A DNA stretch of 64,000 nucleotides, from positions 4,526,001-4,590,000 of the forward strand of contig JAQOWU010000008.1 of the NCBI GenBank assembly GCA_030867685.1. The letters are read 5' to 3'. How positions within the stretch are numbered: the first letter of the stretch is position 1; each line of letters opens with the position of its first letter. Under the pieces are notes generated by a model, which searched no databases, was not told the origin of the DNA, and worked only from the letters and a program-made list of their open reading frames with translations. Position numbers and translations under genes: made by a program. The DNA comes from Wickerhamiella versatilis. Its lineage: Eukaryota. This document shows positions 1 through 11,863 of the stretch, one piece after another.

Positions 1-932
1 CCCCAATCAGAGAAGACATATCCCTGGAAGTCGAGTTCGGTCTTGAGGACGTGAGATAATGTGTAAGAATTCTCACAGCCCTGGCTCCCATTCACACGGT
101 TATAGGGACACATGATTGATGCGGTGCCCGCCCTCACTGCGTCAGCAAATGCCCAGGTGTATACTTCATGCAATGCACGATCTCCTACGATAGAATCTAT
201 CTGATACTGCTTTCCCTGGGGAAATGGGGTATACTCCCAGGTAAATGATACACGAGCTGGACCAAAAGCCTCAGGTAGCCGAAATGTTTCTTGCTCATAC
301 GCAACGAAATGTTTAGCATTTGCCTGAACACCTTGTGACTGAATACCCTTGATCGCCACAAAGCTCAACTCCCCAGTGAGTACAGGGTCACTACCAAAGT
401 TCTCAAATAGACGACCATTAAATGCTGAACGGCCCTGGGGCCCGCCTGTTACCGGACCCAGCATCACATGTATACCTTTGTCGCGGTTTTCAGCGGCCAT
501 CGCTTCGGAGTGCCGACGGATTAAATCGCGGTCCCAAGTAGCACCAAGCGTAAGTTCGGGTACAAAGCCACTTGTTCCAGCCACCCCCCGCGGGCCTGCA
601 GGGCCATCTTGAAACCTAATAGTGCTTAGGTTGAGTCTCTCCAGGGGCGACGTATTACCTGAAGCACCAAGATACGGTGCACCTGTCACGAGACTAACTT
701 TCTCTTCCGTCGTGAGCTCCTTGAGTAGTGAGACAGCTTTAGGATGTGGAATTCTGATTCCAGGTGCAGAGTACGTCCTTGGATCGTATGGCACATTATT
801 CACGCTCAATCCAAGATATCGTAGATCATGCAGGTAGTCTCGCTCGGCATTAATATTGTTACTCTCGTCTTTCCAGGTCACATTCGACAGCTGTGCTGCC
901 GAAGCTAATGTTAGGCACAAGAAAAATAGCAT
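1..932 (-). CDS. Secreted GH3 beta-glucosidase, 5' part; runs off the left edge and is absent from the ORF track
   Basis: Manual translation from ATG at 932: MLFFLCLTLASAAQ (signal peptide)...LTTEEKVSLVTG...FQDGPAGPRG...GATWDRDL...GRLFENFGSDPVL...ANAKHFVAYEQE, which are typical GH3 motifs. Confidence 0.92.
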   Translation of the reverse strand, partial: MLFFLCLTLASAAQLSNVTWKDESNNINAERDYLHDLRYLGLSVNNVPYDPRTYSAPGIRIPHPKAVSLLKELTTEEKVSLVTGAPYLGASGNTSPLERLNLSTIRFQDGPAGPRGVAGTSGFVPELTLGATWDRDLIRRHSEAMAAENRDKGIHVMLGPVTGGPQGRSAFNGRLFENFGSDPVLTGELSFVAIKGIQSQGVQANAKHFVAYEQETFRLPEAFGPARVSFTWEYTPFPQGKQYQIDSIVGDRALHEVYTWAFADAVRAGTASIMCPYNRVNGSQGCENSYTLSHVLKTELDFQGYVFSDW

Positions 933-1078
933 CGCTCTTTTTTACGATATCAGATCAAAGTAAGAATACCTTACAGACATTTGTAATATTCCTGATTAGC
1001 CTAATGCGGCAATACTTGCCGTGGAGATAAGGAATAGTGGAACAGAGTATTAAAATTTTTTTGAGATCCTTAGAAAAT

Positions 1079-1112
1079 ACTATCTGAGACTGGTAAGACA
1101 ATGCAAGGTCGC
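1079..1112 (+). repeat. Dispersed boundary site, full 34-bp copy
   Basis: ACTATCTGAGACTGGTAAGACAATGCAAGGTCGC. Confidence 0.85.
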
Positions 1113-1456
1113 TTTCTTAGTCGATTTCAACCATGGCGCATGAGGCGAAGCAGTGCTATACAGCAAGCTGCGTAGTGTGGCTTGCTATCGCCAGATATGA
1201 TTGGCCCTATATGCTTTCTTTATTGGGGTTGGTTTTGCAGTCGCTGGATTCCTGTAAAAATACTGGTGTTGATTGAGGAAGAGGATTGCCCATTTGCGGA
1301 ACAGATAAGTGAATTCAAAGAGTCCGAGCATCAGCCACTATAAAAATCAATCTTAACTTTATTTCTTTGCTTAGGCCCAAATACATGGATCTAGATGAAT
1401 TTGCATCTCTTTACTCGTCATCAACGTATAGAAGTTTTTAGATCGAGAAACATTAA

Positions 1457-1488
1457 CCTATCTGGGCAGTTTCCCATATGCAAGATGT
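1457..1488 (+). repeat. Dispersed boundary site, degenerate (arms kept, centre diverged)
   Basis: CCTATCTGGGCAGTTTCCCATATGCAAGATGT. Confidence 0.5.
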
Positions 1489-1489
1489 A

Positions 1490-1994
1490 CTGTTATCAAT
1501 CACGGAGAATCTGGTAAAACGCTACGGGCAGCAATCCATATGTATTAAGGGCACAACAATTCTCAGTAAATTATAAATCAATAGGCAAAAAGGCTTGCTG
1601 GGACTTGCTCATCTACCCTCTGCAGACCACAAGGGCTACAAGTTTGTCGAACAAGTTTAGGCGCAGGGCTAGTCGAGCGCAAACTTTGCAATGATATTCC
1701 CGAATAAACCCTAGCGTGGTCACTCGCTATGCTAAAAATATGAGGCAGCAGTGTGTGTATTGCTGATGGCAGCTCAGACGTCACACGAAATTCATGTCGG
1801 ATGCAGCTGAGATACCGTACTTTAAGTGTATAAAATATATGAGTTTAACAACCCTTACCTACAATGGCACCAACCTCGAGATTCGGATCCTTTTCGTCCA
1901 AAATGATTAGGAGATCATTGTTCTCTTTGAGAGCTTGATCAAAAGCTCTAAATTCAACTGGAGCTCGTCTACCCGCTTCAGTACGTTTTGGCAT
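1490..1994 (-). pseudogene. FDC1: Decayed 5' remnant of ferulic acid decarboxylase (UbiD family), divergent from PAD1
   Basis: ATG at 1994 gives MPKRTEAGRRAPVEFRAFDQALKENNDLLIILDEKDPNLEVGAIVGKGC*, matching the Fdc1 N-terminus (EFRDF..LK..DL.....DPNLEVGAI). Further broken blocks SDHARV, PAPKLV..CSPC and LNTYGL follow. Confidence 0.82.
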
Positions 1995-2138
1995 GATATT
2001 GATTCCCCAAACTAGATAGTGACCACGTTATATATTAAACTACATTTACGTAAGCCGGGAAAGTTCTTAGCTATATATCTTAGTAATATAGTATCCGAAG
2101 AAGACATCATAGTAAGCGTACTTGTTGGTTGATATCGG

Positions 2139-2831
2139 ATGCTTAGGACGCTTGGGGTTAAATTTAGAGAAATTAATTCACGAGTACTCCCCCGGTGCAT
2201 GTCCACGAGCCCTGCATATAAAGTTGCATACGAAACAGCACGTTTGCCAAGAAAAAGGATTGTTCTCGCCCTTACAGGAGCTACCGGCTCAATTTATGGC
2301 ATAGAGGTTTTGCGAATGTTGAAACTACTTGACGTCGAAACACATGTAGTGGTTTCTAAGTGGGCAGAGGCAACCATGCGATATGAATGCGGGCTTAACG
2401 TCGGGGATATTAAAGATCTTTCTTCTCATCTTTATAGCTCGAGGGATCTTTCAGCAAGAATATCTTCGGGATCATTTCACATAGATGGTATGGTGATCGC
2501 CCCATGCAGTATGAAAACATTGGCAGCTTGTCGTATGGGCTTTGAGGAGAGCCTAATTACTCGTGCAGCGGGAGTCTGTCTCAAAGAAAGACGGAAGCTG
2601 GTGTTAGCTGTACGTGAAACTCCACTCAGCAGCATTCATCTTGAGAATATGTTGAGTTTATCGCAAAATGGTGCAGTCATATTTCCACCCGTACCCGCTT
2701 TCTATCACCACCCGGAAACTCTACAAGACGTTGTGAGACAGAGTGCATTAAGGATACTTGATCAGCTGGGTATTGAAGCAAATGATGCCTCTCGATGGAA
2801 TGGTGGGCTGTCAAGAACTCAAAAAAAGTAG
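2139..2831 (+). CDS. PAD1: Flavin prenyltransferase (UbiX/Pad1) with a mitochondrial-type N-terminal extension
   Basis: RIVLALTGATG, ISSGSF, APCSMKTLA, RETPL and PPVPAFY motifs. Confidence 0.95.
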   Translation: MLRTLGVKFREINSRVLPRCMSTSPAYKVAYETARLPRKRIVLALTGATGSIYGIEVLRMLKLLDVETHVVVSKWAEATMRYECGLNVGDIKDLSSHLYSSRDLSARISSGSFHIDGMVIAPCSMKTLAACRMGFEESLITRAAGVCLKERRKLVLAVRETPLSSIHLENMLSLSQNGAVIFPPVPAFYHHPETLQDVVRQSALRILDQLGIEANDASRWNGGLSRTQKK

Positions 2832-3454
2832 AATCGTGATGAAATTTAGCACAAAAAATCACCATAGCATAATTGATAGAGGAGCTCTTAGATGAGATAT
2901 AAAGTGGAATTATTCGAGCCGACTGTTGTTTCGCAATGCCACAATTGAGCGAACAGGATGAGAGTAGTGAATAGATACCACAATTCTTTATGTAACAGAA
3001 TGCACCGTCCATGTGGATCACCGTCGATTTGTCGGTCTTATGCACAGAAATGTTAGTAATGGCTCTACTTCATGAGAAGATAGAGAATGCCTTTTTCTTC
3101 AAATGCAGTGTCAAATGAAATGGGATGGAACACAAGAAGCTGCATGGACATTATCAACTCCTTCTTGCCCCGACTTAGTACTGCAGCAAGAAGTGCATAC
3201 GATCGTACGCTCTCCTGCGTCAAAGTCTGATGGGGTAGTAAGAAATCGAACGAAGGAAGTGGGGATAAAAAGAATGGCAAATTGCATGGGGGTTGGAGTG
3301 GGTAATGAATGATTTCAAAGGTGAGGCTACTGCCCATTAATCTTATATCCGTAATGACTTTTAGGCTAATATTGTATTGTAGGCAATGCGACAAAATCTA
3401 TCAATCTTTGTGAAATTATACTAGCCAGTGCAAGGAAGCATTTTGTCTAATATC

Positions 3455-5236
3455 TTATCTAGGGACACTTTCTTGAGCAAGAAGAGTTGCTATTTCCTTC
3501 AGCTGCTGGGAAGTGATTGTTCCTGACGTTGCAAGGTCCACAACTGTGGTTCCTGGCAGTATGGTCACCTGTTCAACTAAGGCGAGCTCTGGTACTACCT
3601 GTAACAACAAGTCGCAGAGATTCTTGGAGTGTAAAAGCGCCTCTATCGGTTGTTGCAACCAATACTGACCAGGAAGTTTACTGATTTCAGGTAGCGGCTC
3701 AACAATTGCTTTAGATCGCTCAATTTGCGCACGAATGAGCAGATGATCTGTATGAGGAGGGCCTCGACTCGGCAAGCCTAGGCGCTCGAATTGTGACTGA
3801 GGTGCGTTTGAGTCGTGCATAAGTTTCACAAGCAATGTCGCCATTTTGAGCTCGAGTTCATCATCTCTTAAAGGATGTATTTGTAACGGATCATTCAGTA
3901 AGTCGAATAATAAAGTGCCGTGATTCCATCCACTCCATCCGGAACTAAATGGAAAAGGCACCCTGGGGTTAACGTCGATTTTCATCACAGATATTCCGCG
4001 AGTAAACGGCAATGGATCACTTTTTTCCCAATTATAGAGCTCCTCAGTAGCGAATCTTGACCGCATGTGAGTAGGCATCAATGTATATTCCTCTAGAGGG
4101 TGATTCTCTTTTACAATCGGTGAGCGCATGTAGACGTACCGACCATCAGTAACATTTACATGTGCCCCATGACGTCCGAAGAGTGCCCCCTCTTTTCTAA
4201 CAATGTCGGATTGAGGGGCTAGATCGTGGCCCTGTACCTCGTCGGGGATTGGAAGTCCAAAAAAAGCCAGGATGGTGGGTGCAATGTCTATTGTCTGTGC
4301 TAGCTCGTCGCTACGTACACCCATTTTACCACTTCGTGGATCCCATAAAAAGACGGGTAAATGCACCAGTTCATTGTACCAAGGCATAACACCTTTCGCC
4401 CACCATCCATGCTGGCCAAGTAGATATCCATGATCAGTGTTGACAATCAGCAACGTATCCTGCCAGAGGTCATGCTGATCAAAAGCATCTAAAACTCTTC
4501 CCAATGAGTAGTCGCACATAGTCAATAGGGCGGCATATGCACTACGGGCTTCATTCACTTGACTCTTTGGCTCAGAAACTTTGTGGTATCCCGGCCAGTC
4601 AAATTTATCATCTTTGGTGAGTCCCTGTCTCTTGCGATAGTTCTCCGGGCTGAAAAAAGGTTCATGTGGATCGAAGAGCTCTATTTGGAGCAACCAGTCA
4701 TTTTCCCTGGCATTGGTGTCAATGAAATCCAGTCCTGAGTCGACTGTTCGAGTTTGACAGTGGGTTTTTTCATTCGGCATATAACGTCGGTTAACCGCAT
4801 CCTGACGTTTGAGCTGGGTTTTGAGGGATTTATTACCAGCCGTTCCACTTGAAACTTCCCCTTTCCATGGATCGCCTTCCTGGCCACGATGGAATTCCCA
4901 AGTGGTATAGCGTGTATGGTAAGTTGCCCCTCCATCCTCCCAGTAATGGGGGTGATCTGTCGTCAGATGAGTATGTATTCCTGCTCGTGAAAGTTGCTCT
5001 GGCATAGAGTGGTCGAAAGGCTCCAGGGGCCCCCAACTACGGTGTAAAAAGTTATATCTGCCTGTGTGAAGCTCTCTACGTGCTGGCATACATGGCATTG
5101 AGCCCGCGTAGAACTTCTCAAAGGTGATAGTATGACGTGCCAGGCGGGCGAAGTTCGGCGTCTCAATGTCCGTATCCCCATAGGGCGACAGCTGGTGTCG
5201 GTTAAGACTATCAAACATTAAGATAACTGCCTTCAT
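3455..5236 (-). CDS. Formylglycine-type sulfatase, bacterial-like, no signal peptide
   Basis: MKAVILMFDSLNRH start, CMPARRELHTGR (CxPxR), DPHEPF, NTDHG. Confidence 0.9.
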   Translation of the reverse strand: MKAVILMFDSLNRHQLSPYGDTDIETPNFARLARHTITFEKFYAGSMPCMPARRELHTGRYNFLHRSWGPLEPFDHSMPEQLSRAGIHTHLTTDHPHYWEDGGATYHTRYTTWEFHRGQEGDPWKGEVSSGTAGNKSLKTQLKRQDAVNRRYMPNEKTHCQTRTVDSGLDFIDTNARENDWLLQIELFDPHEPFFSPENYRKRQGLTKDDKFDWPGYHKVSEPKSQVNEARSAYAALLTMCDYSLGRVLDAFDQHDLWQDTLLIVNTDHGYLLGQHGWWAKGVMPWYNELVHLPVFLWDPRSGKMGVRSDELAQTIDIAPTILAFFGLPIPDEVQGHDLAPQSDIVRKEGALFGRHGAHVNVTDGRYVYMRSPIVKENHPLEEYTLMPTHMRSRFATEELYNWEKSDPLPFTRGISVMKIDVNPRVPFPFSSGWSGWNHGTLLFDLLNDPLQIHPLRDDELELKMATLLVKLMHDSNAPQSQFERLGLPSRGPPHTDHLLIRAQIERSKAIVEPLPEISKLPGQYWLQQPIEALLHSKNLCDLLLQVVPELALVEQVTILPGTTVVDLATSGTITSQQLKEIATLLAQESVPR

Positions 5237-5620
5237 TTCGTAACTAATTTACGCTAGAAGCAGATTGGTGTTATGTGCGAGTGTTCCCATGAGACAGAGG
5301 CACACGTGATAAGACGAGAGATTATTACAAATGCCTCTGCTTCCGCGTTGTATGAGCCAGTATGTACCTTGAATTCTACACAGCTCTACTGAATTTATGT
5401 CCCCTGTAATATTTGAAAAGCTGGTAATATTCAGATAGATTTGTAGCCCATTTGGTGCAATCAGGTATTTGATATTACACAACCTGTTTTAATATTTCAA
5501 AATTTGAAAGACGAACTGGGTCAATGAAAACTTAGAAAGAAGTCAATATACATATCGCTAAGGATAATTTTCAAACGAAGTAAAAAATACAACGAATTTA
5601 GGTATGGCAGAAGTTGCCAT

Positions 5621-6697
5621 CTAGTTTCCTATGACACCTTTCAAAAAGGTAACAAGGTGATTAAATGTGGGATCCAGCGCACCAGTAAAGACGATCGGAT
5701 CATGAGTTCCCTGTGGTTTCTCGTATACAGTGGCACCACGGCCCTCTATCCCAGTCATATTTACCCATGCTGTTGTCCCGTCTTTAAGCACTTCACTGTC
5801 ACCATAACTCACAAATATCTTAGATGCATCGGGAAGCAAGCTGGTATCGGACCAATCGATAGTGTCATTTTGTATCTTAAACGTAGGCGAATGGAATACT
5901 GATGTATCGTTCTTCGTTTCAAGCTCGCCCCAACCTACAACACTAGCGGCATCCAATATATCTTTCCCTTTGTTCTCTTTACCGGAACCTTCGTCGTCAC
6001 TCAAGTTCCAATCAAGCCCAGGGCTGAGAAGAGCTATAGAATCAGGCAGGCTATCGATGGCGTCAACTCCGGGATATGGGTATTTGAGATGGCGGGCAAG
6101 CTGAACAATAGTGTGACCGCCTGCAGAATCTCCCACTGCTATGATATTGTTACTAGTCTTCTTTAATTCATTGAAGACTTGTACAGCCTGCTGCAGGGGT
6201 GCTGGCCAATACTCCTCGCTAGAAAGCGAGTAATCAATCCAAACGCAAGATAGCCTATCATTGTTCAGCTGTCTATAAGCCTCGACTGGCCATAGAGACA
6301 TGGTGGGTAGAGGACCCCAACCATATCCTCCACCATGGATATAGAATATGACAGGGTCGTCTGGTGTACGATCGTTTGCTTCAAAGAGCCATTTTACTCT
6401 CCCGTCATCCAAACTTTCGATCTTACCGAAATCCGTATTGTAGTTTGGTATTCCCAAAGCTAATGCCTGCACAAGTTTTGCGTTAAGATCCAGGCTTATA
6501 TGTGGGACAACAGCGTCTACGACGGACATAGGAACATGGTCCCATATCAAATCTGCAACATGACCCACAAGTTCGTTGGTCCATTTAGTGATGTCATCAC
6601 CAATAGATGGGATCTTGAACGTAGACTCTTTTTTGTCTAGTGGTGCTCCAAGAGTAGTCTGCAGGAAGAAAGCAGCGGTTACTACCGATGTCTTCAT
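5621..6697 (-). CDS. Secreted alpha/beta-hydrolase esterase (Say1/HSL-like), paralog 1
   Basis: Likely start MKTSVVTAAFFLQTTLGAP (signal peptide); HGGG oxyanion motif, GDSAGG nucleophile, GTHD. Confidence 0.88.
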   Translation of the reverse strand: MKTSVVTAAFFLQTTLGAPLDKKESTFKIPSIGDDITKWTNELVGHVADLIWDHVPMSVVDAVVPHISLDLNAKLVQALALGIPNYNTDFGKIESLDDGRVKWLFEANDRTPDDPVIFYIHGGGYGWGPLPTMSLWPVEAYRQLNNDRLSCVWIDYSLSSEEYWPAPLQQAVQVFNELKKTSNNIIAVGDSAGGHTIVQLARHLKYPYPGVDAIDSLPDSIALLSPGLDWNLSDDEGSGKENKGKDILDAASVVGWGELETKNDTSVFHSPTFKIQNDTIDWSDTSLLPDASKIFVSYGDSEVLKDGTTAWVNMTGIEGRGATVYEKPQGTHDPIVFTGALDPTFNHLVTFLKGVIGN

Positions 6698-7702
6698 GAT
6701 GTATATAGGAAAAAAAGCTCTATGGCTGTTCGAGCACTTATATATGGTGCACTTTAATATGTTTACGATTAGATCCAGAAACCCTAGCTGGGAATGGTGT
6801 TTCATACGCAGGAAGTTTTAAATTTTGAGTCAGCGACTAAAAAGAGGAATTTAATGATTCATAAGGCTAGATTTGAAAGATATTATTGTTATTGTTTAAT
6901 TTAAATTGCTCGTGGATTAGTTCTGTTTAATATAAACAGGCTAATGTCTATCGCAAGGAGCTAGAGGATTGCCAGAGGCATTCTTATGAAGATCAGAGGG
7001 TAGGGGTTGAGAACAAAAAACGGCCACTGCATTAGAAGAGTAGAAAAAAGCGGTAACGATGGATGAATTTTATAGCTAAAGTATATTAACTCTACATTTA
7101 ACTTGGAGTCTAAAAAAAAATCAGTGAGTAAAGACTCTGAAAGGTGGATTTAGCGCAATCAGCAACCCCGCTTCTAACCCCACCTCCTATGATGTCAGAT
7201 GTGGGGATCTTGCAGCGATCAGCCTCATTAGAGAGGACGCATTGGAGTACGAACTTAGTAGACTGTATGATTATGATTGAATAACATTTGAGAAGCTAGG
7301 CCTTTCAGACGATGCATAATAACACAAGTAAACGCATAAACTACACGGTAAGGAAATATATTACTGTGGTATGTTGACGAAGAAGATCGCACATCAAGTA
7401 ACCTACAGCGCGAGGGATCTGCAGCCGTAAAGAGTTAAAATGTTGACAAAAAGTGATTAGATATCATTCGATTGTTGAGCTCCTCATGGGAAGACTTTCT
7501 AAGCAAATCACCCTCATGAGAACACTTACCAACTGATTACAATAGCGGTCCCCGCCTGCTCTTATGGCACGATGAGAAAAATCTGAAACTTGCTAGACCC
7601 AATAAAGGGAGTTGCGCGTCCTTAGTTCGGAATTGGCTGTCAGAAGTCTAAGTACGGTATGTCGAGGCTCAATGTGTATAGTATATAGATGTCAGGAAGC
7701 TC

Positions 7703-9436
7703 TCAATAGCTCCATCTGAAATCGAGTCGACGAAATCCTACATCTGTGGTACTCTCAAGGTAGTCCAACTGCTCCTCATTTGACATCGCATTCCATTTCT
7801 TCTCTTTCCTATGATTTAGCCAACGATACCAGACGAAAGAAAGAATCATTAAGACGCCACTCGCTATGCAGACTGCTATCATTTGAGTTAGACCTCGATG
7901 ATAGTAGGGCGCGTCGTCCTTCCTGAACACATTTGAAGAGACAATACCACTTACCTGGCTCATAATATTCACCAGGGCCCCAGAAACTGTCCTGACAGCA
8001 ACATCTCCTGAATTTTGAGACACCCATGGTACACTCATCGCTGTAACCTGAGGCCCTCCCAGTGCTAATGTCAAAATAGCATAAGAGCTCCAAGAGTTTT
8101 TAAGGAAATCTGGCCACCACCTCATAGCACATAGGAATGGAAGATGCCAAAGTGGTGTAAGTGCGAGAAATCCAATGTAGTGATTGAATCTAAAGGTGAG
8201 GTATGAAGTAGTTACAAGCGTTATAATTGCGATGAAGCATTTTGGAATCATCAATAAGTTTGTATCCAAGGTACCGAAACTTAATGGTGGCTGTCGGAGG
8301 ATGATAGGCAGGTAAGCCCCGACTGGTCCCGTTGGCATGTCCCCGATCAGTCTAATGAAGTACATAGGATACATCTCCCAGGACAAGATACCATCCAGAA
8401 GTTGTTTAAGGGTTAACGGTGTACGATTGTTCATAGTTCCCTTTGTGGGATCATCACGTAGAACACGGTTAACCACGATTTTTTCCTCACGGCGAGTGAA
8501 CCACCCCTTACGGCGAAACCAAGTGCGGGTCTGAGAAGGTGATGGAGGCATAAGAAAGAAAGCTGAAAGACCGATAAGTAGCGTGACGGCCCCTTCAATA
8601 ATGAAGATCCATTGCCAACCCTTTAAAGACGTGTGGCCTTCAATGTGAAATATCGCAAAGGCAAGTAAAGAAGAGAATGCCTGAATCAGAGGATTCGCAA
8701 TATAGAAAAGCCCGACACGAAAAGCAAGTTCTGGACCAGTATAGAAATAGCTGAGCCACAATCCTATATCAGGAATGAAACCCCCTTCTAGCATCCCTAC
8801 TAAAGCCCTACAGGCCAAGAAAGATGATCAATTGGTCATTTTGCTTTGGCAAATTGCAACAACTGACCATAGAGTCATTTGAATTGGAATCCACCTATCA
8901 GGACCAATCCATTTGGAGATAATATTACTGTTAGTTAGTAAACTGTCACGAAAAATAGTTTGAAGTACCTACCTTGGAAGTTCAGCCCCTAGAAAGCATA
9001 CAAGGTTAACAGTTGAACCAAGATTATAGTCATTAGTTGTGATGCCAACATCGTCGAACAATGACCCAGTAATGGCGTTCGCGAAGTTATACCTATCAAC
9101 ATCTAAAGCGAGAAAAGCGATGAATGCGAACAGAGTTGCATGCAGGTCTGTTTTCCATAAAACTCTTCTCTCCTCTTTTCGACTCCATTCTAACTCGGGA
9201 TCCAAAAGATGACGGTTTTCGTACTGGGATTTCTCGTACAGTTGACTCCATATCTTTGCCTCATCAGGCTTTGCAAAAACATCATCTCGGAGACTAGTAG
9301 CATCTTCAGATCCTATGGATCGCACAGAAGTAACATTCTTATCTTTCTTTTCCAAATCTGTGTCTGAATCGCTTCTCCTTTCGTCAGACACGGTGTCAAG
9401 GTCTCTGGTTTTATTATGGATCCAGAAATTTAACAT
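7703..9436 (-). pseudogene. MFS allantoate-permease-family (ACS) transporter with one 45-bp intron (8928-8972) and an in-frame TGA at 8828-8830
   Basis: Intron GTAGGT...TACTAACTAACAG joins ...[23 protein letters not shown]; the frame then reads SKMTN*SSFLACRALVGMLEGG. Confidence 0.8.
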
Positions 9437-9712
9437 CTTCAACCAATAATTAACAAGACGTGGGTAGGCTACATAAGTATGGACGCATCGCGTGATTCTG
9501 TGTGACATTCGGTTGATATTTACATTTCAGATGCCTATAAGCACCACGTCCACTCAAAATAACAGTAACATGGATACGCTGAAAATACCATTTAATTTTA
9601 AATAAAGAAAAATCGAGCTGAGCAGGAAAACAGGGGCAAAAAAATAGAAACAATTTTTAGGGCCAGGTGCGCGAAATATTGTATCTTGTCACGTGTGGGC
9701 ATGCCAATTAAG

Positions 9713-9745
9713 TGAGACGGGTTAGATAATGCAAGATAGTCCACT
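9713..9745 (+). repeat. Dispersed boundary site
   Basis: TGAGACGGGTTAGATAATGCAAGATAGTCCACT. Confidence 0.88.
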
Positions 9746-10256
9746 CGGCAGTATCGTTCTAGGAGTGCTATCTATTTACATTGGGTGCTCGTATATTTTT
9801 GAGTAGAAAACTAAATTTTCGATAATCTAATTGCGCCAGTGTCCTTACGCTATCCATGATATGATCGTATATTTTCAATAGGTCTGAGTACCCTTTCCAT
9901 TCTAGTAAAGCATTTTAAGAATCACTACTCTATGTGTTATTAAATTAGAAGCTCCGTCGTGTACCTAATGGGATCCAGATAATGTCCGGGTCGGTACAGC
10001 AGCTTTGACCTTTAAGATACAATCTATGACTTGATGCGTTTTATTATACTCAGAATAACAAATAAACCTATTGAAATAAGCATTTAAAGTACCAAAGGTG
10101 TCACTTATGAAATCATCAAGGGCTGAAAATCTACAAGGAGATAGGCTCGGTAGGGGCTGGGTCGAGAGCCATAACTTTATGATTATTCATTAGCTGGTGC
10201 CTCTATCTCTCTACTAGATAGCATACTCGCAATAAATATTTACTATCTAATAAGAT

Positions 10257-10985
10257 TTAGGGCTGAGCCTGTAGTGTAGGTCGAATTTCCAAGTCGTTCA
10301 CCAAAACCGATGGTGGTTGCTTAACGACATAAAGCAATGCATCCGCGATATCATCCGCATGCAAAGCTTCAATTGAATCCCGAGCTTCGCGCAATGCATC
10401 TTTAGGAACATTGAATCCCCACTCCGTGTACACATGCCCCGGGTTGATCGAGGACACTCTAATACGTTCAGCTGCCAGCTCTTTCCTGAGCGCATCATTG
10501 AAACCTTTAACTGCAAACTTCGTCGCTGTATACACAGCCCAGTTCTCGAAACTCCTTGAGCCTGCTACGCTCGAAACATTGACAATGGATGCACCTTCCC
10601 GTCCCTTGAGTAAAGGAATAGCCCCATGCGCATAATTCAATACACCAAAAATATTCGCATCAATCTGCTGACGCCATTGCTCTGGTGTGCTCTCAGCAAA
10701 CGGGGTCGCAATACCGACGCCAGCATTATTGAAAAGAATATCCAAGCCGCCAAACCGATCGCGAATGAGGCCAAAAACCTTTTCTGCGGCAGCAACATCA
10801 GCGACATCAGCGATGATAGGGATAGCGTTCTCACCAAGGCTTTTTGCCAGAGCTTCAACTCGTTCAGCACGACGAGCTACAAGCACCACCTTCACACCTT
10901 CTTTGACTAGCGCATGCGCAGCCGCAGCTCCAATGCCACTCGATGCTCCCGTAATCAGCGCAACTTTCCCGTTGAGCTCTGTCAT
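10257..10985 (-). CDS. Short-chain dehydrogenase/reductase, bacterial-like (YdfG-type)
   Basis: Start MTELNGKVALITGASSGIG; NNAG; YTATK catalytic motif. Confidence 0.92.
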   Translation of the reverse strand: MTELNGKVALITGASSGIGAAAAHALVKEGVKVVLVARRAERVEALAKSLGENAIPIIADVADVAAAEKVFGLIRDRFGGLDILFNNAGVGIATPFAESTPEQWRQQIDANIFGVLNYAHGAIPLLKGREGASIVNVSSVAGSRSFENWAVYTATKFAVKGFNDALRKELAAERIRVSSINPGHVYTEWGFNVPKDALREARDSIEALHADDIADALLYVVKQPPSVLVNDLEIRPTLQAQP

Positions 10986-11264
10986 TGAAACGTGTAAATC
11001 CGTCTTGCCGCCATCTGTCCCTATATAACATATCGGATCTATTACATGCACATTATGCAACCACCGATGGCGCAATGTCAACGGCTTTTTCTGAGTAAAC
11101 TAACGAGGTTAGTAAAGAAAGAATCACATTAATTACAGTAAAGCGAACTCTTCAATAAGAAAACTATGAGACTCAGTGCTAGGAGCATATCGGTCTTATC
11201 TATCCTTATGGCCTGCACATCAAAACTCCCGTGATTCTGTCTCCAGCATGTGTGGCGTAATCTC

Positions 11265-11363
11265 GGATTGCTTATAAATGTTTGTAATCATAGTAATGTA
11301 ATAATTGGTAAGCATGGATTGCTTATAAATATTTATAATCATAATAATGTGATAATTGGTAAG
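11265..11363. repeat. 51-bp tandem duplication, two copies
   Basis: GGATTGCTTATAAAT...ATAATTGGTAAG at 11265 and 11316. Confidence 0.9.
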
Positions 11364-11863
11364 TGTGCATAAAGGCGCTGGATCGTTAGACGGCGGAAGC
11401 CAGAGAGGCAGAATAATTGGGATTGGAGAGACAAATCCAAATCTACGCGGCAACTACCGATTCATGCTCTAGTTACAGCTATCTATAATAATCTTTCTCT
11501 TCGACAGGTTAAGGTCTGAAGATTTACTGAAATCCACCGGAAAGTGAGCGCAGCTTTACCATAATAAAATACAATTAAAATACAAGGATGTCACACGTTA
11601 CGCGATGTGAGGTTTTGTCCGCGATGGGTGAATAAATACACTCTAAAGAATGGATGAAGTCAGCATACTCATACTCATTTAAGAGCCTAATCAATGTACA
11701 CTTTGAAGATTGCAATAGTGAAGGCTATCGGTACCTAGGACTTAGCTTAGATTACCAAAGATAACAGCTCTTGAACTAGTATTTAAAGTCGTTCCATTGC
11801 TGCAAAGTGACCACCTTTAGACAAATGGTTTCAGTAAACTAGAGGTGAGTATCGGGGAAAATC

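Noticed and set aside
349-837. Plus-strand ORFs 349-612 and 622-837
   Set aside because: Antisense shadows of the GH3 gene
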